NCBI GenBank assembly: GCA_054661495.1 | Contig: BAAFSQ010000072.1 | Span: 1-32,000 of the forward strand | Length of the DNA stretch: 32,000 nucleotides | Direction of reading: 5' to 3' | DNA from: Zygophlyctis sp. KS116 | Taxonomy: Eukaryota > Fungi > Chytridiomycota | Part shown: positions 8,901 through 19,968 of the stretch, in pieces | How the letters are laid out: every line of letters begins with the position of its first letter | How positions within the stretch are numbered: position 1 is the stretch's first letter | Program-made: the position numbers and the translations under genes | The notes under the pieces: model-generated | Databases searched by the model: none | Seen by the model: only the letters and a program-made list of their open reading frames with translations | What the model was told of the DNA's origin: nothing

Positions 8901-11102
8901 TGCTTTTTCAGATCTATCAAAACTTTACGTCTGATTCTAACAGTCATAATCGAAAATAAAATCGTGATTATAATTCCAATCGCGATTTGCATCCATTGGT
9001 ATTTCAGAGAAGCGAAAAATGATATTCGCATTCTAGATGAAGACCATCTAAACTTTAGGATATTATAGATTACGTTGATTCAGTCCAAGTGTTTAATGAT
9101 GAATTAATTACTTTCCAAGAGTTATCACTGTAGGATATTCCTATTCCATAAGAGTCATGATACTCTACTAAACTAGAATAACATAAGCCAGCTATGCATT
9201 TTTCTTTCTTAGAGTTAAATCAAAATAAAATATACAAGTCCTTTACATGGATTAGTTTCATATCCTGTACCATTATTTGTTCCATTACATGTGCCATTAG
9301 AAGATCCAGTCTTTGATGTCAAGATTCTGGAGGTTAATAATGGAAGAACATTAGATTCTGGATTTCCTGGTGAGCGAGTTACTCCTGGATATCCACTTAA
9401 TCGATAGTTTGCAATACCCCCATTAAAGTTTATAATTTCCTGAATATACGTGCAATTTATATTTCGAGTAAAACAATCGAGCAAATCCGTAATCTATATA
9501 ATATTATTTGGATGAAGGAATACAAAAGTACAATTTGCCACTATTTCAGTAGGAATAGAATCAGTCTCTCCAGCAATAGAATAAATCTTTTGAGCGATAA
9601 ACATAGAAAGGGAACATATAGAATTAGTATTAGATTGTGTCCAGTTCCTGCCAAGATCCAACTCTGAATTATAGAATCGATTGGAAAATTTATCATCATA
9701 GTCTGATATCACGACTCCAGGTATAGAGCGTTTTTTAGCAAGAAAAGAATGCAACGAGGAAGGTGGTAAGCCTTTTGAAGAGTCACTGGTGGAATTTACA
9801 TTAATTTGAGATGACCCAGAAAAACTTCCAGAAAGCCTGTTCACAAGTTCTTTCGATGTATCAAGCTTATCCATATGTAGATAGTATTGATTAGGACCAG
9901 TATCAGAGTTAACTAGGCCAATACTGTCAAGTTCAATCACTCCATTAATCTTTTCAAAATTAATCTTTTTAAAGTTTATAGATTCGAAGCAGAATAAACA
10001 TGATAAATCAGAACTTATATCCTTAACAAATCTTTGAGAGCCTCCATACCCATAATTCTCATTATTGAAAAAAGTAATTAGTATATGATTTGGTAAAGAA
10101 GCAATAGGCGTAGCTGACTATTTGTTTAGAAATATTATAAATAACCTTGCTAAGAGCGTCTATAATCCCCAATAATGCTATAAATCCAGATCTCTGAGCA
10201 GCACCATAAGCAAGATCGTGAAAGAATGAAGTAGAGTCTAATTTAGCAGAAAGTACATATATCCCCTAGACATAAATTTAAATAATCCTTACTTTCCCAT
10301 CATCTTCTGCTATATTTTGTGAAAAGGTGGACCAGACTGAATTACCACCGATTGGTAAACACCTTCCCTGCTTAAGACATTCAGAAGAACTCCTTGCCGC
10401 CCACATAAAAACATCAATTTCTGCTCCGTACAATGCCCAACCACTATAACTCTTCATTATATTATAATCTAAAGCCTAAGTTTAGAAAGATCAATTCTTA
10501 CAGCCTTCAAAGTCCCAACAGATTGAATCGTTGCAGTCGAATTTGATCCACCCATCAACAATATTGGAAGATCAAATTGTTTTCCTAGTAAATCCAATCC
10601 CTGTAATTTAGACATTCCGTGTAAAGTACCTCTTGATTCCACTGATATCCAATTTCATTCTTGTATAAACCATAATCATGATTGGGCGATTTACTATCCA
10701 TTGAAATTGGAGCATAATTTTTAAGATTATTATTAAGAACTATCAAACCGGCCACACTTTTATAATTAGCAATTTCATTTAATAAAAACGTCCAATCATT
10801 AGTCTGCTGTTCCCAATCTAAAACCAATACATATGACTCTAAAGACTCGTGTCTATCAACAAACCCATTAAACGACTCTTGTGAATCTACTTTCCATAGA
10901 ATCCCTTTACTATTCCTGTACTTTCCTTATCATTACCAACTCTCTCCTCACCTTGGCACCCAACGCTCCCGTCTCTGTCATTTAAAAGCCTCACGCAATA
11001 AGAATTGAGCGGCACTCCTTGCAATGCCTGTTTCTGAAACTGTAAACTCTGTGCATTTATTAATAAAGTTGCTGCATTAATCAAAATCACGAATATGATC
11101 AT
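8897..11102 (-). CDS. NCSTN: Nicastrin, gamma-secretase subunit (9 exons, about 661 aa)
   Basis: Signal peptide; YCVRLLN..GCQ; C.PIGGNSVW; SAKLDSTSFFHDL; NENYGYGGSQRF; PPSSLHSFL; WTES.W; one C-terminal TM helix. Introns 10926-10951, 10601-10629, 10476-10501, 10266-10292, 10118-10145, 9494-9523, 9208-9235, 9048-9073. Confidence 0.9.
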
Positions 11103-11635
11103 CAAGACTTTTTAGGGAAAATAATTAATTCCATCTTTGCCAAACTTTCTTGATCTACAGTATGCTTATATGCATTTAGATCCTGTAATATATTTTTAGA
11201 TAATTCAGAGAGTGAAGGGATTGGTGGATTCTTTATCGGCCCCTTCTTTTTTATTAAATCCAGCCGAACTTGATGTCCCTTTTCCAAGAATCCAAGGATT
11301 TTATTTATTTTTATAGCCTTATCATGATTATCAATGTTTGCAGATATTCCCATTCTCTTGATCTTGAGTTGAGAAACAGTCTGTACTTTTTTCGGTTTTT
11401 TGGGAGAAACTATGGGGAATTCCTTGACAGTTGGAATTTCTTTTCCCAACGGCGATGATGATGAAACTTGAATGAGTTCAAATCCCTCCTTTAAACTTTT
11501 TAATGAAGAATTCAAGTTTTTTAGTCCTAGATCATTGCCAGTATGTGAAATGAGAAAAACGTTTTTAGCTGAAATATCTGAATTTTTTAAACTGATTTTA
11601 GATCTATTCGACGTTGTCAGAAATCTCTTGAACAT
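11102..11635 (-). CDS. Mitochondrial translation initiation factor 3 (Aim23/MTIF3-like), intronless
   Basis: ATG at 11635 gives a basic presequence-like MFKRFLTTSNRSK. IF3-C-like segment KRMGISANIDNHDKAIKINKILGFLEKGHQVRLDL. Confidence 0.75.
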   Translation of the reverse strand: MFKRFLTTSNRSKISLKNSDISAKNVFLISHTGNDLGLKNLNSSLKSLKEGFELIQVSSSSPLGKEIPTVKEFPIVSPKKPKKVQTVSQLKIKRMGISANIDNHDKAIKINKILGFLEKGHQVRLDLIKKKGPIKNPPIPSLSELSKNILQDLNAYKHTVDQESLAKMELIIFPKKS

Positions 11636-11775
11636 TATGAGTATCACCTTATCCCTTTGAATTCTATTACTCTTGGACCTATTAGTGCTGTAGACAAATT
11701 TGATATTCCTAGAATCCTAGTCTGTGGAGGTTGAGAATATTTTTATTTTTTTGGAAAAAGGCTCAGCGCGCTTGG

Positions 11776-11801
11776 CTCTTTCAGTCTCTTTCAGTCTCTT
11801 T
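11776..11801 (+). repeat. Tandem 10-bp repeat (TCAGTCTCTT) just upstream of ATG 11809
   Basis: CTCTT-TCAGTCTCTT-TCAGTCTCTT-T is read directly. Confidence 0.7.
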
Positions 11802-11808
11802 GTAGTAA

Positions 11809-12677
11809 ATGCAAGACTCTATCCAAGAAATCAATCTTATTAAAAAAGTTACAGACTCTATTATTCAAGAATTATGGGAGGCGTCAAGAGATAACGATCC
11901 AACAGCTTCGTTTGCTCTACCTATAGAGAAACCATGGACAGACCCAGTAGAAAAAGTCAAAAAAGGCAATTTAAGATTCACTCTCAAAGACAAGTCTATC
12001 ACTCTTAAATCAGCAGATGCGCCGATTACTCCAAAACTAGTATCAACAAGAAAAATAAAGAATATTCAGAAAACTCATACTGGGTTTAGAGACAGACTCA
12101 AGTCTTCAGAGGAAAATCATCAGGCTCTAAAATTGAAATCTAAAGATGATACATACATGGAGAATTTGGTAAAGGATGATGAATATTACAATGAATTACA
12201 GAATTTTAGAAAAATGTATTGGAATGATTTAGTAGTAGATGACTTGCTTGTATTGTATGTTTTAATATTTAAAAAATTAGATCTAGAAAGGATGAACAAC
12301 CTTTGATAAAGAGTTTCAAAAGGCAGTCTCAAGCTATAAAATCTACATCTCCAAAATTAGATAAAGATTATGTAACAAGTGGATTTTATAGGATTGATGA
12401 TCGTTTATATCCAATGAAAACAAATGAAAAGAATGCAATGAATTTTGGAATGGGAGAGGCTGATATTCCGCCAGTTAAAGTTTCAATTCCCTTTTCAAAG
12501 TTATCTAAAACATGCCGAGATTATGTACCGCATACTCGGCTTTCATACGACCCTACAGACTCTGTAAATATCGCAGATTATCTATTCAAAGGTAATGTAC
12601 CGCATATAGGTACAAGAAGGAAAAAGCAATTTAAAGCCTTGGCATCAATCAAGGATTCTAAACCTGTTAAAAAGTAA
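11809..12677 (+). CDS. Hypothetical protein (2 exons; intron 12255-12280)
   Basis: A 26-nt GTATGT..TAG intron joins ORFs 11809 and 12303 in frame. No family recognised; the 3' end is uncertain. Confidence 0.65.
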
Positions 12678-12746
12678 ATCATTCGTGTTATTTTCGGACA
12701 TTGAGCCAACTTGAAAACTTCCGAATTAATCTATAATCATTTAAAT

Positions 12747-15710
12747 ATGAATGCATCACTAGAATCAAATGTATCAAAAGGACACTTTCCACCACTGTCA
12801 AGAGAAAAATCGTCGTCATCGTATAAACCAAGAGCGACTGATCTTGAAAATCAACAAAATACCAACAAGATTACTTTAAATAATCAAGGGCTCGAAGAGA
12901 CTCTTACTGGATTAGAAAATATTAAAGAAGGTTTCTAAAGATGTTTAATTATAGGCCGTAGAAAATCAATTGTTGATTTTAATCTTAAGCCAAAAACGGG
13001 AGTTGACGGCGATCAAAGATTAGAGCCTCTACCTCCAATCCCTCAATTTAAGCCTATTGATAACACATTAAAGATTCCCCTAAATACGGATTCATCTGTT
13101 GCTGAATTTCGGACTTATCAAAAAAACATTATTCATCCAATCATAAAATTAACAGCCAATGATAATATTATCTTTCAAGAATTTGAAGTTCTCTGCCATG
13201 AAATACTAAGTACTATGGGGGATTTGGAAGCGTCGCTAGAAGATATGACGACTTGGAAAGATGATTTTTTGACTCAGTCGGTCCCATCAAACGTCAAGCT
13301 TCAGCTAGCAATTCTTTTTGCGAGAATGTTACGATGTAAATCAGACCTTCATGAGCCGATATTTGAAATTATTACACAAGTTAAACTCTACTCAAAGCCT
13401 TGGATAGAAAAAAGAAATGTGATCATGGAATTGGAAAAGGAATATCAAAGGTAAATATACCAGTGCATTGATAAAATAGACATACAGCTGTTCTTGATGT
13501 AGCGATACGTAAATTAGAATTGATGCAAATTCAGGTATAGTTGTGAAAATATTGAAACCTAGGCCGATAATATTAAGAGTCAGCACAGAGCAGCATTATG
13601 GGAAAGACTCACTGCTCGATTATTTGTATGGTTGATTCAATAGACTAAAAATAGGATTATCTTCCTACAAGCGAAAACAAACAGAACGACATAGAGTAAG
13701 AATTTAGACCTAATTTCAACAGAATAAATAAGATTGGAGTCAACAACCTTTTGATGCTTCCGGATATGATAAAAAAAGAGGGAAATACTCAAGATGAAAT
13801 GTATGGCTCAGAAGATTCCTTAGATAGCGAAAACACAGAGACTTCATTCATGTCTATTCGAGAATTTGCAGAATTAAAAAGTATTATAAGAAAAATACTA
13901 ACTTAAAGGATTAATTAGAAACTATTTGATCGTAGACTCGCCTAAAGTCGCAAAGCTGAAATCACTTGTTCGTCGATTTGATTTACTGTCAAGAACGTTA
14001 CATCATAAATATCGAGAAAGAATGGTACCACTTCTAAAAAGGCCGTTTCCTATACCTTTGAAGCCAAACTATGTATCCTTTCATATCGGAACTATCATTA
14101 ATCAGAGACACAAGAAATTCCCTGTACCTACCTCATTCTCGCTGCTTGATCTTCGCAGTTTTAGTGGAGATAAAGAATCTGATGATGATGATTCATCTGA
14201 AATGTCCTCAGATGCAGATACTAAGCCAATTTTTAGCGAAGATCGGGGTGTTCCTATCCATAAGAGCAATAGCTTCTATGCATTGTATTGTTTGGGCCGT
14301 AAGGCAGAACTAAGGAAGCCACTATTCAATAACAAGCTCAATACAAAAGATTCACAACGCCAGAGACGTGTCCTCTCGAAAAGAGAAAAAAGCGGCTGGA
14401 ATGCCCTCTACAGTTCATCTGATGAATCAGAAACTGACAGAGACGATGATTTATTATCAGAAACTGATTCAAATGAATTCTTAACGATGGATGATGTAAA
14501 ATTAAAAATTAATCTTATTTATAGGAGCTGGATAATCTCAAGCCGGAAGACCTTCAAGATGCCATCAAATCCTTTTTTGCAAATCATCCAGAAATTCAGC
14601 CTCCTCAATTGTAAGAACTCCATAATTAATTAAAAAGAGAGAAAGACAGCTTGAATAATCAAAACATTATCCATAAACTTGATTCTAAAAAAGATGCATT
14701 TTCTCTTCAAGAAGTAGTAGAATTAACTCTTTTGCATGCTCAACAAGTTCACGTACTCCAAAAATTCTATGAGTACTTATTTTTTTGAATTAAAACAAAG
14801 GAATAGATTAGATGAAAACGAAAACGAAAAAATGGAGCTAGAGGCTAAACATGCCCGTGAAGTAAATCAGCTGCAAAATCAAATACAGAATTCAGTTAAA
14901 ATGCAAAGAGAAGAAGATAGACCGGAGCCACTGAAAAAACGTCTTTCTTTTGCTGCAACTCGATCAAATTCCATCTCTGCTGCTCATCCTTTTGCACAAC
15001 CGATACTTGCAAGAGATAATTCAAATTCCCGAGTCAAAAAACTAGAGAATGCACCTGAATCTCCTGATTTTAAATTATTAAAGGATTCAATTGCTATTGA
15101 GGAAGATTCTGCCTCTGTGAAAGATGCCGTTGAAGAAGCAGTTACTAAGAAGGAAAAGGTCCATAAGCCAAAAAAGATAAAAATCAAGCATAAAGTAATA
15201 TTCTGACTTTATCTTATATTTAGAAGCAGAATTCGACACATCCCCCAATGCTTGGCTTAGGAAAGAATGAAATTAAGGAAGGCGTATATTTATTTTTACA
15301 ACTAACACATAGTTTTTAGAGAGATTGAGAGATTTTACCGAAAAGGCATTAAAAAGGCGACAATTGAAAATGCAGAGTCAAATAGAAATTGAAAAAGCCG
15401 CAAACGAAGAAAGATTAAAGCACACTCTACTTATCAAAGAAAATGATGATTTCGACGATGGAGGAGTTCTAGAAGCAGAATTTATGCCGACCCCGGGATC
15501 TTTCAAATATAGAGAGAGCTGGATTGGTAAAGGTACTTGTCAATATATTTAATAAAATAGGCTTAATGGTGCCTTGGGGAGGTAGATTTAAAGCCAAACA
15601 CCCGACAGAAAATAAGGTAACGTTTTGAATATTATTAACTTAAGAAAATCAATATTTTAAATCTCTTTGATGTATCAATTGCAATTCAAAAACAAAGTTC
15701 AGATAAGTAA
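12747..15710 (+). CDS. Large hypothetical coiled-coil/acidic protein (about 14 exons)
   Basis: About 13 GT-AG introns of 24-29 nt (e.g. 12931-12954, 13881-13908) join all plus-strand ORF fragments into one frame ending TAA at 15708-15710. No family recognised. Confidence 0.7.
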
Positions 15711-15718
15711 TACAAGAT

Positions 15719-18695
15719 TTATTTTTTCTTTTTGTCTTTATCTTTTGTAGCCTCTTCGACTGGACCAGACAACAGAGATCCCCGCTTTTTATTAAGAGGT
15801 GTCTTTTCATAAAAGTCCTAAAATATCACCGAATAAGTAAATCACCTTGAATAAAGCTTCTTCTTCACCATCAGGGGGAGGCAATGAGATAATTTGATTA
15901 ATAAATTCGATTGTTTCAAGTTTTTTGTTGAATCTATTGAGCTAAGTCATTAATCTATGAAACTTAATACATTTTTTAGCCTTCTTTCACTCAGAATTCG
16001 ATCGCAAATCAATTTAATGATGCCCGAGGCAAGTCCTTCGCTCAATCGAGTAAGTGCGGTGAAATCTAGTGTGGCAGCTTGCTCGTGTGAAACTTTCTGA
16101 GAAATGAACTCTTGCCATAGAAGACGCCTAGATGCGTAATCTGGCTTTGGAACAAAAATCAGCTTATCGAAAATTGGCACTAAAGCTTTAACATCTGCTT
16201 CCCATGGTTTATAGCTTGTTCCGATGAATATCACTCGATCACTTGGTGATAGACCCTTGAGACTTTTCAGTAGATCTTTTTTGATCCGTTTGGGGTCAGT
16301 CGTATCATCCTTAGGAACTTTTTTTGCGAAAACCATTTCTATGTTATCAATGTATATGATAGCTGGACAATGAGCTCGGCCTACTTTAAACGCCATATGA
16401 ACCATTTTTGTAACATTTGACTTTCCAACGTACTGCTCTGCTGTGTTTCGTGGTGTTAAATTAAATATCTGGGCCCCAGTCATTGTAGCGATTGCATTTA
16501 CCAACATTGTCTTTCCAGAGCCTAATGATTACGTTAAAAGTACTACCTCTTGGTCCAAAAAACAAAAAGGAGGTTGGTAATTTCATACTTTCTAAATTTT
16601 CAGGACTGAGCCCGAATGGTAATATGCATAATTCAGTGATTAACTAAAATATTAAAAAACACCTGAAGAATATACCCTTTGAACTTCTCCGAGTGACGGA
16701 TTGATGACAGGGAGTTTTTGTGTTGAAGTTCCCATAAAATCAAAATTACCCTTAAATTCGTCAATATTAATGCTTGAATGCTAGATATTATAGATGAAAA
16801 CATACTTTTTGGAAAATCCCGGCCTTTATAAGTTCCTCTACCAATGATTCCATTGTTCTATTTGCAGTGATATCCTTCTCCTTTTTTCCCTTTTTTCCCT
16901 TTTCCTAAAAGATAAGAAGCGTAAATAGTTACTTTTTTTCCTTTTTTGCCTTTTCCTCCCTTTTTGCCTCCTAATAATTAAAAAAACTATCAGCTTACCT
17001 TTTCCTCCTTTTCCTTTTCCCTTATCTTTTTCTAAAGAAAGCTTTAAATTTTTAAGCTCATCCTTCAAGATTTCAAATACTTCATTTTTAATCTTTTGAC
17101 TGTTATTGAAAAGCTAAATACCTCTGCTTCAACTTCTGCTCTTTTTGCAGTCTTGATTATTTCTTGGTCATGTGTCTGAGCAAAGTTGTCAGAGTCATCT
17201 TTAACTAGCCATTCATCATGATACGCCTTATTTCTACGATTAAATATTTATGATTTACTCTGTAGCTATCTTTTCCAAATATTTAGAATCATCATATTTG
17301 AACTGATTTTCACCTGAATCTCCCTATAATTAAGGAATTCTATGCCAAACCTCATCTTTGCCTTTCTTTTCTTTACCCTTTTCTTTCACAGCTTCTATTG
17401 ATCAATTCATCTCAAAATATACCTTTAGGTTCTGTTTTAGGAGCTACAGTCTCAACTACTTGTGCACCTTCCACTGGTGGAATAAATTGAAATCCTTGCT
17501 TTTGCCAAATTTCATCTTCTGGAAATTCTGGAAATTTCCCATTTATTCTTTTATGCTCCATATACCATTGTCTAAACGAATCTTGTATTGCTTCTTTCAT
17601 GTCTGGCCCCTCTATTTTCAAAATCCTTTTTGATTAATAAGTATTGCATACTTTTCTTTTATATTGATCAATGCTTGTTGATAATCCTGTTCATATTGCT
17701 GCTGTAATACTTTCCTTCTGGCTCTGTTATTTTCCGCCCTTTTAATGGGATCATTTTTAAGTTCTTTGACGGGAAATTCCATATCTAGGATTAATTTTTA
17801 TATACATACTTAAGAATAGATTCTCTTCATATCGCATTTTTTGAACCTTTTTCCTGTCTACATGCCCACGATAACTATTCCAATTTAATTGTAAGATAAA
17901 TTACACTCTTTGAATATTTTTTGCAGCTTCTGTAACCTCTTTTTCATCAGCAGCAGTATCCATTTCTCTTTCTCTTTTAGCTTGAAGCCTAACGATTAAT
18001 ACAATGTAATAATATTACCGTATATCCGCCATATATTTTGCTCTCATCTTTCCTTGCCTTCCTCTTTCATTTAATTGAATTATTTTTATAGCTTCTTCCT
18101 GACTCATTATTGGAAAAATATCTAGATTTTCTCCAAATAGAAAATCTCTGGCACCCAACTCCTCCAATAACTTTTCTCTCTCTCCTATTGTTTTTTCTGC
18201 ATCTTCTAATATAAATCTAGGGGCTGGAATTCGAATATCATCAGGAATTAATTTCATGTCCGAAAGTATATCATTATAAATATGCGCATCAGTGAATTCC
18301 AAATCAACAATACTCTAAAATCATTAGCATCTTTAGCCTCATCATCTTGATCGGCTTGTAATCATTTAATAGATCATCATGATCATATGAAAATACTTAC
18401 AGCTTTCACTTCAATCAGTCTCGCCATCACAGCTTCAAGTACTCTCTTCAACAGTCTTCTCTTCTGGGGATGAATCGTTTGATCGTAACATTCTTCCAGC
18501 TTTCTAAAAATCCCAATATAGCGAATATATAGCACAGCCAAATGTTGAAAAGCAGAATCTTTATCCTTTGGAACCAGTGGATCTTTGACACTTTCATACT
18601 GACATTGATCGGCTAATGCATGATAAGCAGAAGTCCAAGATTTGTTGAATGTTCTAAAATTATTATAATTAGCATAGCACTTACAGGTTCGACAT
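15719..18695 (-). CDS. IQCA1: IQ and AAA domain protein IQCA1/DRC11, dynein regulatory complex (18 exons, about 814 aa)
   Basis: MSNL|TFNKSW start; YDQTIHPQKR; ERGRQGK.RA; IQ motif IQRVYRGH; Walker A GPRG|SGKT; AAA domain. Seventeen introns give an intact frame. Confidence 0.93.
18315..18400 (-). ncRNA. 86-nt IQCA1 intron 2; candidate intronic box C/D-like RNA
   Basis: Intron status is supported by contiguous protein (RLIEVKA|SIVDLEF). It contains ATGATGA (18380-18374), CCGA (18354-18351) and ATGATGA (18345-18339), but no canonical terminal CTGA. Confidence 0.3.
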
Positions 18696-18721
18696 TTAAT
18701 TCCGTAGTGACGTAATAACAG
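18696..18721. promoter_or_regulatory. 26-bp gap between divergent ATGs (IQCA1/GPI18) with a CRE/ATF-like TGACGTAA
   Basis: Sequence TTAATTCCGTAGTGACGTAATAACAG; motif at 18708-18715. Confidence 0.55.
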
Positions 18722-19913
18722 ATGAAACAGGTTTGGCAATTGGCAATTATTTCTAGACTTTTGGTATTGTTTTTAGCAATTGTATTTGGAAAATTTGGAT
18801 CTGCTTATGATAACTCATCATCTTCACCATTCATATCATGGGATGCTGTATATTTCAAAAAGCTGGCGCTCACAGGCTCTTGGGACTATGAGCATGAATT
18901 CGCATTCTTTCCTGGATATCCTCTGCTAGTAAGAGGTTTAGCTGGAGCTGTTTATATGATTTTAGGCCCAACTCTACCTTGTTCTTGGGATAGTCTGATT
19001 CTGTACTGCGGACTAGCAATTTCAAATATTTCATTCATTTTGGCTACGATAATGCTATATAAACTCTCAAAACAACTCAAAATGTCTGAAAAGTTTTGTC
19101 AGTTAACTTGTTTGGCTTATATTCTAAATCCAAGCGCTATATTTCTGAGTTCAATGTAAGTATTGCATTATAAATGTTTCTAGGTACACAGAATCATTAT
19201 TTTCACTTGTTTCATTTTCGGGAATGTACTGTTTTTCAAAAAAATCGTATTTTAAATCGTGTTTGCTCTTTATTTTATCTGGAGCAGTTAGAGCAAATGG
19301 ATTACTGTATGCTGGATTCTTTATTTACACCATTATATCAAATCGCAAGACTTCAATATATACTGGATTAAAAATGATGGTATATAGTACTTTAACCTTG
19401 GTTCCCTTTCTCTCTTTTCAATATCTGGGCAAAAAATACTATTGTTTAGAAAATCCACGTCAATGGTGTAATTCACAATTCATTTATTCTTTTATTCAAA
19501 AACATTACTGGAATAACGGATGGATGGCTTACTACAAACTCGAACAGATTCCTAATTTTATAATTGCTTCACCATTTCTAATTTTATCAGTTTATGGAAT
19601 TACATTGTATATCAAGTCTGATCCAAAACGGTTCATGACTCTCGGTTATAAATCTCTAAAACATAAAGAACCATACTTGGACTCTCATTTACTACCATAC
19701 TTTTATCTATGGTCTTTAATGTTATTTATGGTCACAACTCTCATGCATATACAAGTAATACTACGCTTTTTTACAAGTCTGCCTCCCCTATATTGGACAA
19801 TGGCAATAATTTTACAAAAATCATCATTGCAAAGCAGATTATTACTATCATATCTGTTGGTATGGTCGCTGGTTGGAATTGTTTTATTTAGTAATTTTTA
19901 TCCACCAGCTTGA
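18722..19913 (+). CDS. GPI18: GPI mannosyltransferase II (2 exons; intron 19156-19183)
   Basis: WDAVYF; EHEFAFFPGYP; NPSAIFLSSM|YTESLF; RANG; YSFIQKHYWNNG; QIPNF; MHIQVILRF; terminal FYPPA (PIG-V/Gpi18 family). Confidence 0.95.
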
Positions 19914-19968
19914 CTGCTGTATAAACTTGAATTTTTAGTTTTAGTGCAAGTGGGAGGATTAGAGTTTA

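Noticed and set aside
11270-11660. Plus-strand ORFs over IF3, and similar shadow ORFs (4375, 5871, 13392, 14984, 17358, 20108, 25687, 27452, 27534, 28603)
   Set aside because: They are antisense to well-supported exons and have no independent evidence.
18696-18739. IQCA1 starting at 18739 and overlapping GPI18
   Set aside because: ATG 18695 plus intron 18654-18684 gives the family-like MSNLTFNKSW start; the longer ORF simply reads through the intron.
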